From Myxococcota bacterium (GTDB lineage Bacteria; Myxococcota_A; SURF-8; G963663525), in contig CAXXVK010000027.1 of the NCBI GenBank assembly GCA_963676915.2, forward strand, positions 69,797 to 133,796: a stretch of 64,000 bases of DNA, given 5' to 3'. Position numbers and translations under genes: made by a program. Positions within the stretch are counted from its first letter, which is position 1; each line of letters begins with the position of its first letter. Positions 1-9,240 of this stretch are shown one piece after another. The notes under the pieces are model-generated. The model ran no database searches, had not been told where the DNA came from, and saw only the letters and a program-made list of their open reading frames with translations.

Positions 1-41
1 CAAGAACTTCTTCAATCGCAAGATGTTATGGTGGACCTGTT

Positions 42-1031
42 TCAGGCCGGTTGTTTGAAATGCTTTTGCAGGGTGTGTTCCACCTGGCGGGTCAGGCGGT
101 GGAGGATGTCTTCGTAGGAACCTTCGATACGGCAGCCTGCCGCATTATGATGTCCACCGCCTCCGAATTGACGGGCGATGTCGCAGACATTCACCGTTCC
201 TTTGGATCTCATGCTGATTTTATACTTGCCGTCGTCGTCTTCGCTGATCAGGATGGACACCTCTACCCCTCGAATCGAGCGCGGATAGTTCACGAAGCGA
301 TCGAGCATGTATTCCTCGGCTCCATGGCGATCCATCATTTCACGGGTGACGGTCACCGACGCATACCGACCACAGTCGCTGATGTCCAGGGTCGTCATGG
401 CATCGGCCAGCAGGCGCATCTGAATCGGTGAACGGCTTTCGAACAGGTTGTAGGCCACGTCCCACGGATTGACATCGTAGTCGAGCAGCCGCCCGGCGGT
501 TTCCAGCGCCCGACGGTTGGTGTTCGAGTACCTGAACGAGCCGGTATCCGACATGATCGCCGCATACAAATTGAAAGCGATAGCATCGGTCAGCGGCAGG
601 GACAATTCATCGAGTAGATCCAACACCAATTCGGCGCAGGAGGCACAATTGGGGTCGAGATAGGCGAGATCGGTAAAAAGTTTTTGCTTGATGTGGTGGT
701 CGATCAGGATTGTGGTTCCGAATCGTTTTATATCCCCTTCGAAAAGCGGACCGAAGCGCGTGATACTGGGAGAGTCGCAAAAGATCGTGCAGTCGAACGT
801 TTTGCGGGGATGCAGTCGATTGACCAGGGTTTCCGAGTCGTTGAGGAATGCCAGCGTGTGCGGCAATTCCGAAACATTGTAGCAGGTAGCGTCTTTTCCT
901 GCCGTCTTGAGCGCCATGGTCAAGCTAAGCGTGGAACCCAGTGCGTCGCAATCGGGTTCGAGATGCCCCAGCACGAGGATCTTTCGGCTGGTACGAATTT
1001 TCTCGGCAATGGCTTGCAACGGATTTGTCAC
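42..1031 (-). CDS. nrnA: DHH/DHHA1 family bifunctional oligoribonuclease/PAP phosphatase
   Basis: Motifs H-x-x-PD-x-D-A-L-G-S, IDHH, SDTGSF and GGGGHHNAAG; typical position downstream of rbfA. Confidence 0.9.
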   Translation of the reverse strand: MTNPLQAIAEKIRTSRKILVLGHLEPDCDALGSTLSLTMALKTAGKDATCYNVSELPHTLAFLNDSETLVNRLHPRKTFDCTIFCDSPSITRFGPLFEGDIKRFGTTILIDHHIKQKLFTDLAYLDPNCASCAELVLDLLDELSLPLTDAIAFNLYAAIMSDTGSFRYSNTNRRALETAGRLLDYDVNPWDVAYNLFESRSPIQMRLLADAMTTLDISDCGRYASVTVTREMMDRHGAEEYMLDRFVNYPRSIRGVEVSILISEDDDGKYKISMRSKGTVNVCDIARQFGGGGHHNAAGCRIEGSYEDILHRLTRQVEHTLQKHFKQPA

Positions 1032-1034
1032 GGC

Positions 1035-1427
1035 TCAATCCTTGGGTTCTTCGTCGGACTCCTGACGTACCGAATCCAGCAAGTCCCCGATTTCACGACT
1101 CTTATCGTCCAGGTCATCGTACACGAAATGAAGTTTGGGAACCTTGCGGATACGCAACTCGCGACCGATCCGGCCTTGGATAAATCCCCCGGCCTTGTCG
1201 AAGGCATCAAGGATTTCTTGAATGCGGGAAGGATCGCGTTCGGCGGGAAGAAAAAATACCCGAGCACTACCCAGGCTATCGTTGCAACGGACCTCGGTAA
1301 TGGTCAGGGGACCGAAACGCGGATCGTGCAATTCTCCGCGCTGGAACATTTCGTACAGGATTCTGCGGATTTCCTGCCCCACCCGTGACGGGCGCTTGGG
1401 GCGTTGTCGGTTGAAACGTTGCGGCAA
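1035..1427 (-). CDS. rbfA: 30S ribosome-binding factor A
   Basis: RxxRVxxEI...DPR...ITEV...LRIRKVPKLHFVYD; start moved to the TTG at 1427 behind an AAGGAGG RBS. Confidence 0.93.
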   Translation of the reverse strand: MPQRFNRQRPKRPSRVGQEIRRILYEMFQRGELHDPRFGPLTITEVRCNDSLGSARVFFLPAERDPSRIQEILDAFDKAGGFIQGRIGRELRIRKVPKLHFVYDDLDDKSREIGDLLDSVRQESDEEPKD

Positions 1428-1476
1428 TGAAGCCTCCTTCGTCGAGAACCGATTCCGCAAACCACGCGTAAAGCCG

Positions 1477-4335
1477 TTACAGCGTGGCGGCGACCTCGAC
1501 TTCCTGGTAGGCTTCGATCACGTCGCCGACCTTGATATCATTGTAATTTTCGATCCCGATACCGCATTCGAAGCCGGATACGACTTCCTTGGCATCCTCT
1601 TTGAACCGGCGCAGGGACGAAATCTTGCCCGTGTAAATCACCACGGAGTCTCGCAGCAGCCGTACCTTGCAACCACGTTCGATTTTGCCGTCCACCACGT
1701 ACGAACCGGCAATCGTACCGATTTTCGGAATATGGAAGGTATCCCGGACTTCCACTCGTCCGAGCGACTCTTCCTTGATGATAGGAGCCAGCATACCCGT
1801 GATGGCGGCTTGAAGCTCCTCAATGGCTTCGTAAATGACCGAATACAGGCGGATATCCACTTTTTCGCGCTCGGCGAGCGTCGCAGCCTTGGTTTCGGGT
1901 CGGATGTTGAATCCGATGATAATGGCGTTCGACGCCGAGGCCAACAGCACGTCGCTTTCGGTGATGCCACCGACGGCGGTGTGGATGATGTTGACGCGGA
2001 TTTCTTCGTTGGACAGTTTGGCCAGCGCGTCGCGAACCGCTTCCACCGAACCTTGGACGTCGGCCTTGATGAGAATGGCCAGTTCCTTGGTCTCGCCTTC
2101 CTTGATCTTGTCGAACAGATTGTCCAGCGTGACTTTGGAAGAGATGGCCAACTCTTCCTCGCGCTTCTTCAAGCGGCGGTTGTCGGCGATCAGGCGGGCT
2201 TTTTTGTCTTCCTTCAGAGTGATGAACTGCTGCCCGGCTTCGGGAACCTCGCTGAATCCGTGGACTTCCACCGGATCGGAGGGCGACGCCGATTTAATGC
2301 GCCGTCCGCGATCGTCGAGCATGGCCTTGATACGTCCGGCCTGAATGCCACAGACGAAGGGATCGCCGATGGACAACGAACCCTGTTGAACGAGCACGGT
2401 AGCCACTGCGCCGTGTCCACGGTGCAGTTTGGATTCGATGACAACGCCTTCGGCCTGGGGACGTTTCGGGTTGGCTTTGAGTTCCAACAATTCGGCCTGC
2501 AAAGCCACCAGTTCCAGCAACTCTTCGATTCCAATGCCTTTTTTGGCCGAAATCTCGACCATCGGCGTTTCTCCGCCGAGGCTTTCGTCGATCAGTCCGT
2601 GTTGCATCAGATCGGTGCGCACGCGCTGGGGATCGGCGTTGTCTTTGTCGATTTTGTTGATAGCGACCACGATAGGCACTTCGGCGGCCTTCGAGTGGTT
2701 GATCGCCTCGATGGTCTGCGGCATCACGCCGTCGTCGGCGGCGACGATCAGAATGACGACATCGGTGACCTGCGCGCCACGCGCACGCAACGCGGTAAAG
2801 GCTTCGTGGCCCGGCGTGTCGATGAACGTCAGCGTTCCGTGCGAGGTCGGTACCTTGTACGCACCGATATGCTGCGTAATTCCGCCTGCTTCCTGATCGG
2901 CAACGTGTGCGTTGCGGATGCGGTCGAGCAGCGAGGTTTTACCGTGGTCGACGTGTCCCATGACGGTCACGACCGGACGACGCTCTTCGAGGTTTTTGTC
3001 ATCGTCTTTGATTTCCACTTCGAGGTAGGATTTTTCCTCGAAAGCGGTGGATTCGACTTCATACCCGAATTCCTGGGCCACCAAGGTGGCTACGTCTTGA
3101 TCGATAGCCTGGTTGATCGTCAACATCAGACCGAGGTTCATCAGTTTCGCCAATACTTCGTTGGCTTTGACACCCAACTGCTTGGCGAATTCGCTGATGA
3201 CGATGGATTCGGCACCCATTTTCACGATACGTTTCGCAGCCTTGGGAGTGGTGATTTCGGTTTTGGACGGCGCTTTCTGAGCCTGTTTGCGACCCCGCTT
3301 CTTGCCTGCGAGTCTGGCGCGGCGCTCCAGATAGGTGTCGTCGATAATCTGTCGGCGACGTCCGCCTTTGCGGCTGCCTCCACGGTCTCCACGGCGATCG
3401 GTATCCTTGTTGTCGCGGCGACGTCCCCGGCTGTCTTCTTTGCCCGGTTGGGGCGGCATATCCAGCGGAGAATTGAAGTTCGCGGCAGGTCGTGCCGAAA
3501 TGCCGCGTCCACCTGCCGGTCCTCGGGCTGGTCCTCGCCCTGGTCCTCGTCCAGGCCGTCGATCCTGAGGACGTGGATCGGGTGTGAGTTCCTCCAGGTC
3601 GATTTTCTTGACGATCGTAGCGATCTGCTTGGGAGGCTCGATGCGTTTGACGGTATTCGAACCATCGCTTGAAATTTCGACGCGCCGTTTTCTTCCCTTT
3701 TTTCTGGGCTTTTTCGTTTCTTTGGACTCTTTATCGTCCTCGGCCTTTTCATCCGATTTCGCCTCGGTGGCTTCATCGGTCGTTTCCACCGCGTTTTCCA
3801 TCGGGGCTTTGTCCTCGGCGGGAGGTTCTTCGGCTTTTACGGCTTCTTCCGAAGGTTTATCCGCTTCGGCCTCCGGTTTCACGTCTTCGGCATGATCTTC
3901 CTCGGGTTTGGCTTCCACTTGAGGAGTCTCGACTTCGGCGGCGGGTTCTTTCGTTTCCGAAACTTCGGGAGTCGTTTCCGTTTCGGCGACGACGGGCTTG
4001 TCTTTTTGGGAAGCCTTCACCGGAGTTTCTTTTTCCTCTACAGGGGTTTCCTCTGCGTCGGTTTTTTCCGGCTCGGTTTTCTTCGGCGCTTCGACTTTGG
4101 CTTTGGCCGGAGCTTTCTTTGCTCGGCGGCGAATGATTTTTCGCCCCACGCGCTTTTCAACGACTTTTTCCGACTTGGATTTCTCCATACGGTTCCTCAG
4201 TCGGAGCACATCGTCATCGTCGATGCCCGTCATTTTGTTTTTCAGCTCGATTCCCGCGCTCTTGGCGAGGGTAATCAACTCTTCGAATTCAATGCCGAAC
4301 TCGTTTGCCAGTTTGAATGCACGGATCTTAGCCAT
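1477..4335 (-). CDS. infB: Translation initiation factor IF-2
   Basis: GHVDHGKTS, DTPGHEAF and NKID GTPase motifs; IF-2 C-terminus (GFECGIGIENYNDIKVGDVIE). Confidence 0.99.
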   Translation of the reverse strand: MAKIRAFKLANEFGIEFEELITLAKSAGIELKNKMTGIDDDDVLRLRNRMEKSKSEKVVEKRVGRKIIRRRAKKAPAKAKVEAPKKTEPEKTDAEETPVEEKETPVKASQKDKPVVAETETTPEVSETKEPAAEVETPQVEAKPEEDHAEDVKPEAEADKPSEEAVKAEEPPAEDKAPMENAVETTDEATEAKSDEKAEDDKESKETKKPRKKGRKRRVEISSDGSNTVKRIEPPKQIATIVKKIDLEELTPDPRPQDRRPGRGPGRGPARGPAGGRGISARPAANFNSPLDMPPQPGKEDSRGRRRDNKDTDRRGDRGGSRKGGRRRQIIDDTYLERRARLAGKKRGRKQAQKAPSKTEITTPKAAKRIVKMGAESIVISEFAKQLGVKANEVLAKLMNLGLMLTINQAIDQDVATLVAQEFGYEVESTAFEEKSYLEVEIKDDDKNLEERRPVVTVMGHVDHGKTSLLDRIRNAHVADQEAGGITQHIGAYKVPTSHGTLTFIDTPGHEAFTALRARGAQVTDVVILIVAADDGVMPQTIEAINHSKAAEVPIVVAINKIDKDNADPQRVRTDLMQHGLIDESLGGETPMVEISAKKGIGIEELLELVALQAELLELKANPKRPQAEGVVIESKLHRGHGAVATVLVQQGSLSIGDPFVCGIQAGRIKAMLDDRGRRIKSASPSDPVEVHGFSEVPEAGQQFITLKEDKKARLIADNRRLKKREEELAISSKVTLDNLFDKIKEGETKELAILIKADVQGSVEAVRDALAKLSNEEIRVNIIHTAVGGITESDVLLASASNAIIIGFNIRPETKAATLAEREKVDIRLYSVIYEAIEELQAAITGMLAPIIKEESLGRVEVRDTFHIPKIGTIAGSYVVDGKIERGCKVRLLRDSVVIYTGKISSLRRFKEDAKEVVSGFECGIGIENYNDIKVGDVIEAYQEVEVAATL

Positions 4336-4373
4336 GTATGCTCCTCACAACTGGTCTTCTCATACGCCAGCCG

Positions 4374-4955
4374 TTAGTTTTCTTCGTTCCGAATTCGTTC
4401 GAACCGTGAGCACTCCCAAAACAGTTTATCGGCAAGCGGACCTTCCGCCACCGCCAGAATCACTACTGAAGGACGCGCCAAGGAGCGTCCGATCGCTTCC
4501 GAGCTTGGACCCCGTACGAGCCTCGCATCACACGTTTCGGTCAAACGCTGGAAACGGGTGACCGTTCGCGGTGAGGCATCCTCGGAAAGAACCAGAAGCC
4601 CGGTCTTTCGCTCGTCGAGAAAAGCGCTTGCCTTGTCGCCCCCGGCGACCAATCGCCCGCTTTTCTTGGCGAGATAAATCAATTCCAACACGCGTTCCGT
4701 CGTTTTTTCGACCGCCAGTTTCCACCAGAAGTCGGCATCGAAACCGATACCCGGTGTTTTGAACGCCCGACGAAACAGCGCTTTTTTTTCCACGTTGTCA
4801 AAGCATGCCCGCGATGGGTGCACATACGCACCACGTCCGGGCAGGCTCGCCGTGAAATCCAGTACCGCCCGGTTTTCGGGGTCCAGAACGAATCTGAACA
4901 ACGATTGCGCAGGCGCTTTTTCACGACAGGAGATGCAGGAGCGTTCCGGCTCCAT
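4374..4955 (-). CDS. YlxR (DUF448/RnpM)-L7Ae (YlxQ) fusion protein
   Basis: N-terminal ERSCISCR...GRGAYVH (YlxR); C-terminal LAKKSGRLVAG...SEDASPRT (L7Ae); between nusA and infB. Confidence 0.85.
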   Translation of the reverse strand: MEPERSCISCREKAPAQSLFRFVLDPENRAVLDFTASLPGRGAYVHPSRACFDNVEKKALFRRAFKTPGIGFDADFWWKLAVEKTTERVLELIYLAKKSGRLVAGGDKASAFLDERKTGLLVLSEDASPRTVTRFQRLTETCDARLVRGPSSEAIGRSLARPSVVILAVAEGPLADKLFWECSRFERIRNEEN

Positions 4956-4962
4956 GCTCTCG

Positions 4963-6699
4963 TTATTCCTCCGTTTTTTCATCCCCTTCGGCGTCCTCGT
5001 CCTTCTCCTCTCCGTCCGGGCTTTCCGAATCGGACAGGGGAGTACTCAAGTCGTTGAAGGCAGCATTGGCCGCCGCAAGGGCATCGCTTTCCGGTTTCGC
5101 TTCACCATCGGGCGACGAAAGCTCGATGATGGTTTTCGCTTCATCCTCGGAAGATTCCGAAGCGGACGGTTTGACCCGCATTTTCGCCGAATGCAGAATT
5201 CCCCGCGCCCGGCGTGCACCGATTTCGAATTTTTCCGAAAAATCCTTGGGGTCCAACCCGGCTTCCACAATATCGGCCGCCGTGTAATAACCCGCTTCCT
5301 GGAGTCGATGCATCAGCTCTTCGTCCATGCTTTTCAGACGCATCAACTCGGGACGGTCGTCGCTCGAAGCCGCAGCGGGACGCGGTTTGTCCGCTTCCTT
5401 GGCAGGGGCTTCTGTTTTGGTTTCTTCTTTGGAAACGGGAGCTTTTTCGTTCTCTTCCTCCCGCTTTTCTTTCCATAACTGATCGGCCTGCTGGACCATG
5501 AGTTCCGCTTTTTCCTCGTCCAGTCCCGGAATGATCCGCAGGTCGTTGATGTCCGCCCGGCTGATGTCTTCGAGTGACAAAAATCCCAGTCGGGTGAGGG
5601 TTTCGGCCATATCCTCGTCCACGTTGTCCAGCAACTGGAAGAGGCCCCGAGCCTCTTCGGCCATTTTTTCGACCTTGGATTCGGATTGGATGTCGATACG
5701 CCAGCCCGTCAGTTGCGAAGCCAGCCGCACGTTTTGTCCGCGTTTGCCGATGGCGAGGCTCAACTGATCGTCGGGAACCGTGACTTCCATCAGCCGTTCG
5801 TCTTCATCGATGACAACCTGGCTGACCTGTGCCGGAGCCAGAGCGTTGCAAACGTAACGAACCGGATCTTGGCTGTAGGTGACGATATCGATCTTCTCGC
5901 CGCGCAACTCCTGAACGATGTTCTGAACGCGGGTACCTTTCATACCGACGCATGCGCCGATCGGGTCCACATCGGTATCGCGGCTGACGACGGCGATTTT
6001 CGAACGGTTGCCGGGTTCGCGCGCCGCAGAGACGATCTGCACGATACCCTCAGCGATTTCAGGAACTTCCATTTCGAACAGTTTATGAATCAAACCCGTG
6101 TCGGTTCGTGACAAGACGATTTGCGGGCCTTTGGTCGATTTGTTGACATCGACGACGTAAGCAACGATTCGGTCGTGGGAACGATAGGTTTCGCGGGGAG
6201 ATTGTTCTTTCGAAAGCAAAATGGCTTCGGTGCGTCCCAGATCAACGATGATGTTGCCGTGTTCCACCCGGCGAACGGTTCCGGCGATCAGGTCGTCTTT
6301 GCGATCTTTGTACTCGTTGTAAATGTATTCCCGCTCGGCGGCACGAACACGCTGAATGATGACCTGCTTGGCTACCTGTGCGGCGATCCGGCCGAAATCG
6401 GTATTTTCGATCTTCACGCCGATGCTGTCGCCTTCTTCCACGTCGGGATCGAGGGAGATGGCTTCGCCCAGGCTGATTTCCGTCGAAGGATCTTCGACTT
6501 CATCCACAACGGTTTTGAACTGGAACAGTTCCACTTCGCCGGTATCGTCGTTGTAATGAGCTTCGATGTCGTCTTCCGCCCCGTATTTCTTCTGGGCGGC
6601 CTTGAGCATGGCCTCTTCGAGTGTCTCGATGATGACTTCCCTCGAAATGCCTTTGTCCTTACCGACTTGATCGATCAGAAAATTTAAATTGGTCAACAT
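4963..6699 (-). CDS. nusA: Transcription termination/antitermination factor NusA with extended C-terminus
   Basis: FGRIAAQVAKQVI, S1 and KH motifs, DPIGACVGMKG, SLAIGKRGQNVRLA. Confidence 0.98.
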   Translation of the reverse strand: MLTNLNFLIDQVGKDKGISREVIIETLEEAMLKAAQKKYGAEDDIEAHYNDDTGEVELFQFKTVVDEVEDPSTEISLGEAISLDPDVEEGDSIGVKIENTDFGRIAAQVAKQVIIQRVRAAEREYIYNEYKDRKDDLIAGTVRRVEHGNIIVDLGRTEAILLSKEQSPRETYRSHDRIVAYVVDVNKSTKGPQIVLSRTDTGLIHKLFEMEVPEIAEGIVQIVSAAREPGNRSKIAVVSRDTDVDPIGACVGMKGTRVQNIVQELRGEKIDIVTYSQDPVRYVCNALAPAQVSQVVIDEDERLMEVTVPDDQLSLAIGKRGQNVRLASQLTGWRIDIQSESKVEKMAEEARGLFQLLDNVDEDMAETLTRLGFLSLEDISRADINDLRIIPGLDEEKAELMVQQADQLWKEKREEENEKAPVSKEETKTEAPAKEADKPRPAAASSDDRPELMRLKSMDEELMHRLQEAGYYTAADIVEAGLDPKDFSEKFEIGARRARGILHSAKMRVKPSASESSEDEAKTIIELSSPDGEAKPESDALAAANAAFNDLSTPLSDSESPDGEEKDEDAEGDEKTEE

Positions 6700-6762
6700 G
6701 CTTTATTCTCCGCGAAGCCGATGGCCTGCCCGGCAAGCCGTTTATCGTCTCGTAGAACGGTT

Positions 6763-7287
6763 TCAGGCATCCGCTTTTTTCGAAGCGGAGCCATGACCGA
6801 AAAGTTCCTCTGTCGTAAACACCAGGTTCGCTCTTGCGATGCAATCCCACGGAATCCTTACTGTTTCATCCTCGCCGCAATCCATGACGAGGGTTCCCTT
6901 ACCGTCATCGTTGGCATCGAGCAGCGTTCCTTTGAAATTGCGGCGTCCGTCAACGGGAACGTCGCATTTCAACGTGATGGTGCGCTGGACGGCTCGCTCG
7001 AAATCTTTTTCCTTTACCAGCGGGCGGTCGATTCCGGGGGAGGAAACTTCCAGCCGATACGCACCTTTAACCGAATCTTCGACTTCTAGCAAGTTTCCCA
7101 GAACGTGACTCAGGCGGGAGCACTCGTCCACGCCGATTCCACCCTCGGGACGATCCACGAAGATCCGTACCTGAGAAGCCTTTTTTCCTCGGACAAAATC
7201 CAGATCCACCAGTTCGTAACCTTCAGCCTGCACCACCGGATCGAGTAGTTTCCATAGTTCGAGGACAAAGCCTTTTTTCTTCAACAT
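6763..7287 (-). CDS. rimP: Ribosome maturation factor RimP
   Basis: GIGVDECSRLS, YRLEVSSPGIDRPL; first gene of the operon; start taken at ATG 7287. Confidence 0.95.
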   Translation of the reverse strand: MLKKKGFVLELWKLLDPVVQAEGYELVDLDFVRGKKASQVRIFVDRPEGGIGVDECSRLSHVLGNLLEVEDSVKGAYRLEVSSPGIDRPLVKEKDFERAVQRTITLKCDVPVDGRRNFKGTLLDANDDGKGTLVMDCGEDETVRIPWDCIARANLVFTTEELFGHGSASKKADA

Positions 7288-7346
7288 CCGCAACGGAAAC
7301 CGTCCTTCGTTTCGGGCTTGTATTCCCAGACTTTCTGAGTCTAAGC

Positions 7347-7373
7347 AAAAAAAAGTGGGCGAAACGCCCACTT
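7347..7373 (-). promoter_or_regulatory. rimP leader (terminator-like attenuator hairpin)
   Basis: Minus strand AAGTGGGCG-TTT-CGCCCACTT followed by a U-run about 60 nt upstream of rimP; matches the known GUGGG/CCCAC rimP-leader pattern. Confidence 0.8.
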
Positions 7374-7405
7374 CTTGAATAAGAAGCCCTTAAAAATGCA
7401 TCGCC

Positions 7406-7433
7406 ATTATATGGATGTAGTATGAAAAGGCAA
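7406..7433 (-). promoter_or_regulatory. Putative sigma70 promoter of the rimP operon
   Basis: TTGCCT-N16-TATAAT on the minus strand just upstream of the leader hairpin. Confidence 0.55.
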
Positions 7434-7576
7434 GAAAATTAACGGTTTTTTCATAACAATTTCTAATTATCATTGGTCAATGCAACGTCCATCGCGCACC
7501 GAAAATGAACGTATCGCATACTATCATTCAAAAAACGCACCAAACACCTTTATCGCGTTAGAAATTCCTCGCAATC

Positions 7577-7606
7577 TTGACGAGACGATATTCCTGGATT
7601 TATAGT
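7577..7606 (+). promoter_or_regulatory. Putative sigma70 promoter
   Basis: TTGACG-N18-TATAGT upstream of the 7672 CDS. Confidence 0.45.
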
Positions 7607-7671
7607 GCGCCCACCCGAATGAAACTTCGGGTATCGACCTGATGCAACTTTCGATCAAAGGAGTACAACCC

Positions 7672-9213
7672 GTGCGAAATCGAACAGTTTGGCGAGGCGC
7701 GTTGTGGATGATCTGGTTGGTGTTGTTGGTTCCCCTGAGCGCCCAGGCGGGAGCCTTTCGAACGTTGGGGTACGATACATCGACTCAGTCCACGGCCAAC
7801 AGCAACGTCAGTTACGGCGACAGCCTTGGCGTGCTGTATACCAACCCGGCTTTGTTGTCCCGCTTTCCGGCGAAGGCTTCCTTGGGGGTAACCTTCTGGA
7901 AACCCAACCTCAAGATCGACCTGTTCGATAAGCCCGCTTCGTCGAACGTGCCGTTATCCATCTACAACTCACGGATGGGTAACGATCCCGGACAACGGGA
8001 TCTCGCCGTACCGACCATCGAGTTGTGGAAAAAGCGCAGCAATACCAAAGTGAACGATCCCTACGCTTACGTAAGTTTCGGAGCGTCGATGGAACTGTTC
8101 GAGGGGATGCGTTTCGCCAACCTGATGCTGATTCCCATCGACAGTCTGAACATCATTTCGATGAATACCTATTATTATAACGAGAACGAACAGCACTTCT
8201 CGAACAGGCTGCACTTTCCGCTGTTCGGCGAATGGCCGAAGACCATAGACGGCCTGCTGGGTGTCTCCTACGCACCGAACGATTTGATTTCCTTTGGGAT
8301 TTCGCTGAAAATCGGCATCGCCACCGTAGCCAAGATGGACATCTACATGCCGGACGCCTCGGTGCAGGATTATTCTTTGATGAACAACTCCACCGAAGCG
8401 TCACTATCGTTGAAACCTCTGGTCGGCGTGCAGGTACAACCGGTGGACTGGATGGCCATCGGCGCGACCTGGCGGCATTGGTCGTACATGCAAGTGGACG
8501 GCGGCGGCAAAATGGGGCTGTGGCAGTTCCACGAAAGCAGCAACGATTACACGATTCCCAAGCGCGCCAATCAGAAACTGACCATCATCGTCGATTACGA
8601 ACCGATGGAATTTTCCGGCTCGTTCGGCATCAAGAAATCGGATTTCACAACCCAAGTCAACCTGACCTGGAATTTCTGGCATCTGTATATCGATCAACAC
8701 AACGAAACGCCGCAGGAAGCCGCCCATTTTCCCCCGTCGGCCTATTACGAAGACCCGATGGAAGGTAAAACGGGACGTTTCAAGTTCAAAGATACGTTGT
8801 CGGTTCAGTGGAGCGGACAATATGCGTATCTCACAGGCGACAAACTGACCGCAGAAATCAAAACCGGCTTCGGCTATCATCCTTCGCCGGTTCCGGCCCA
8901 GGTGGGGCGCACCAATTACGCCGACTCCGATACCATGTGCCTCTCGCTGGGTCACAAGCTCGACTTCACCCTGTTCGATGACAAACAGTTCGGTTTCGAT
9001 TACGGAATGCAGTTCTGGTACATGGTTCCCCGCACGGTCTACAAAAATCCCAGCTACGTAGTGGATGAATTCGCCGACGATACCACCACCATCGTCGGGG
9101 ATCTGCCGATCTCGGAAGCGCAGGGACTCCAGACCAACAATCCAGGATTTCCGGGTTACAAAATGGGTGGCTGGATCGCTCTGGCCAGCGTCTCTTTCAG
9201 CTACAAATTTTAA
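7672..9213 (+). CDS. Outer-membrane beta-barrel protein, FadL/OmpP1-like
   Basis: Signal peptide (AQA), N-terminal YTNPALL (FadL NPA motif), YHPSPVP, C-terminal FSYKF; GTG start behind AGGAG. Confidence 0.7.
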   Translation: MRNRTVWRGALWMIWLVLLVPLSAQAGAFRTLGYDTSTQSTANSNVSYGDSLGVLYTNPALLSRFPAKASLGVTFWKPNLKIDLFDKPASSNVPLSIYNSRMGNDPGQRDLAVPTIELWKKRSNTKVNDPYAYVSFGASMELFEGMRFANLMLIPIDSLNIISMNTYYYNENEQHFSNRLHFPLFGEWPKTIDGLLGVSYAPNDLISFGISLKIGIATVAKMDIYMPDASVQDYSLMNNSTEASLSLKPLVGVQVQPVDWMAIGATWRHWSYMQVDGGGKMGLWQFHESSNDYTIPKRANQKLTIIVDYEPMEFSGSFGIKKSDFTTQVNLTWNFWHLYIDQHNETPQEAAHFPPSAYYEDPMEGKTGRFKFKDTLSVQWSGQYAYLTGDKLTAEIKTGFGYHPSPVPAQVGRTNYADSDTMCLSLGHKLDFTLFDDKQFGFDYGMQFWYMVPRTVYKNPSYVVDEFADDTTTIVGDLPISEAQGLQTNNPGFPGYKMGGWIALASVSFSYKF

Positions 9214-9240
9214 CGAACCATGCAAGCAGGAGAAAATCTT

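Noticed and set aside
1222-3672. 816-aa ORF antisense to infB
   Set aside because: Shadow ORF produced by the codon bias of a conserved gene; no motifs
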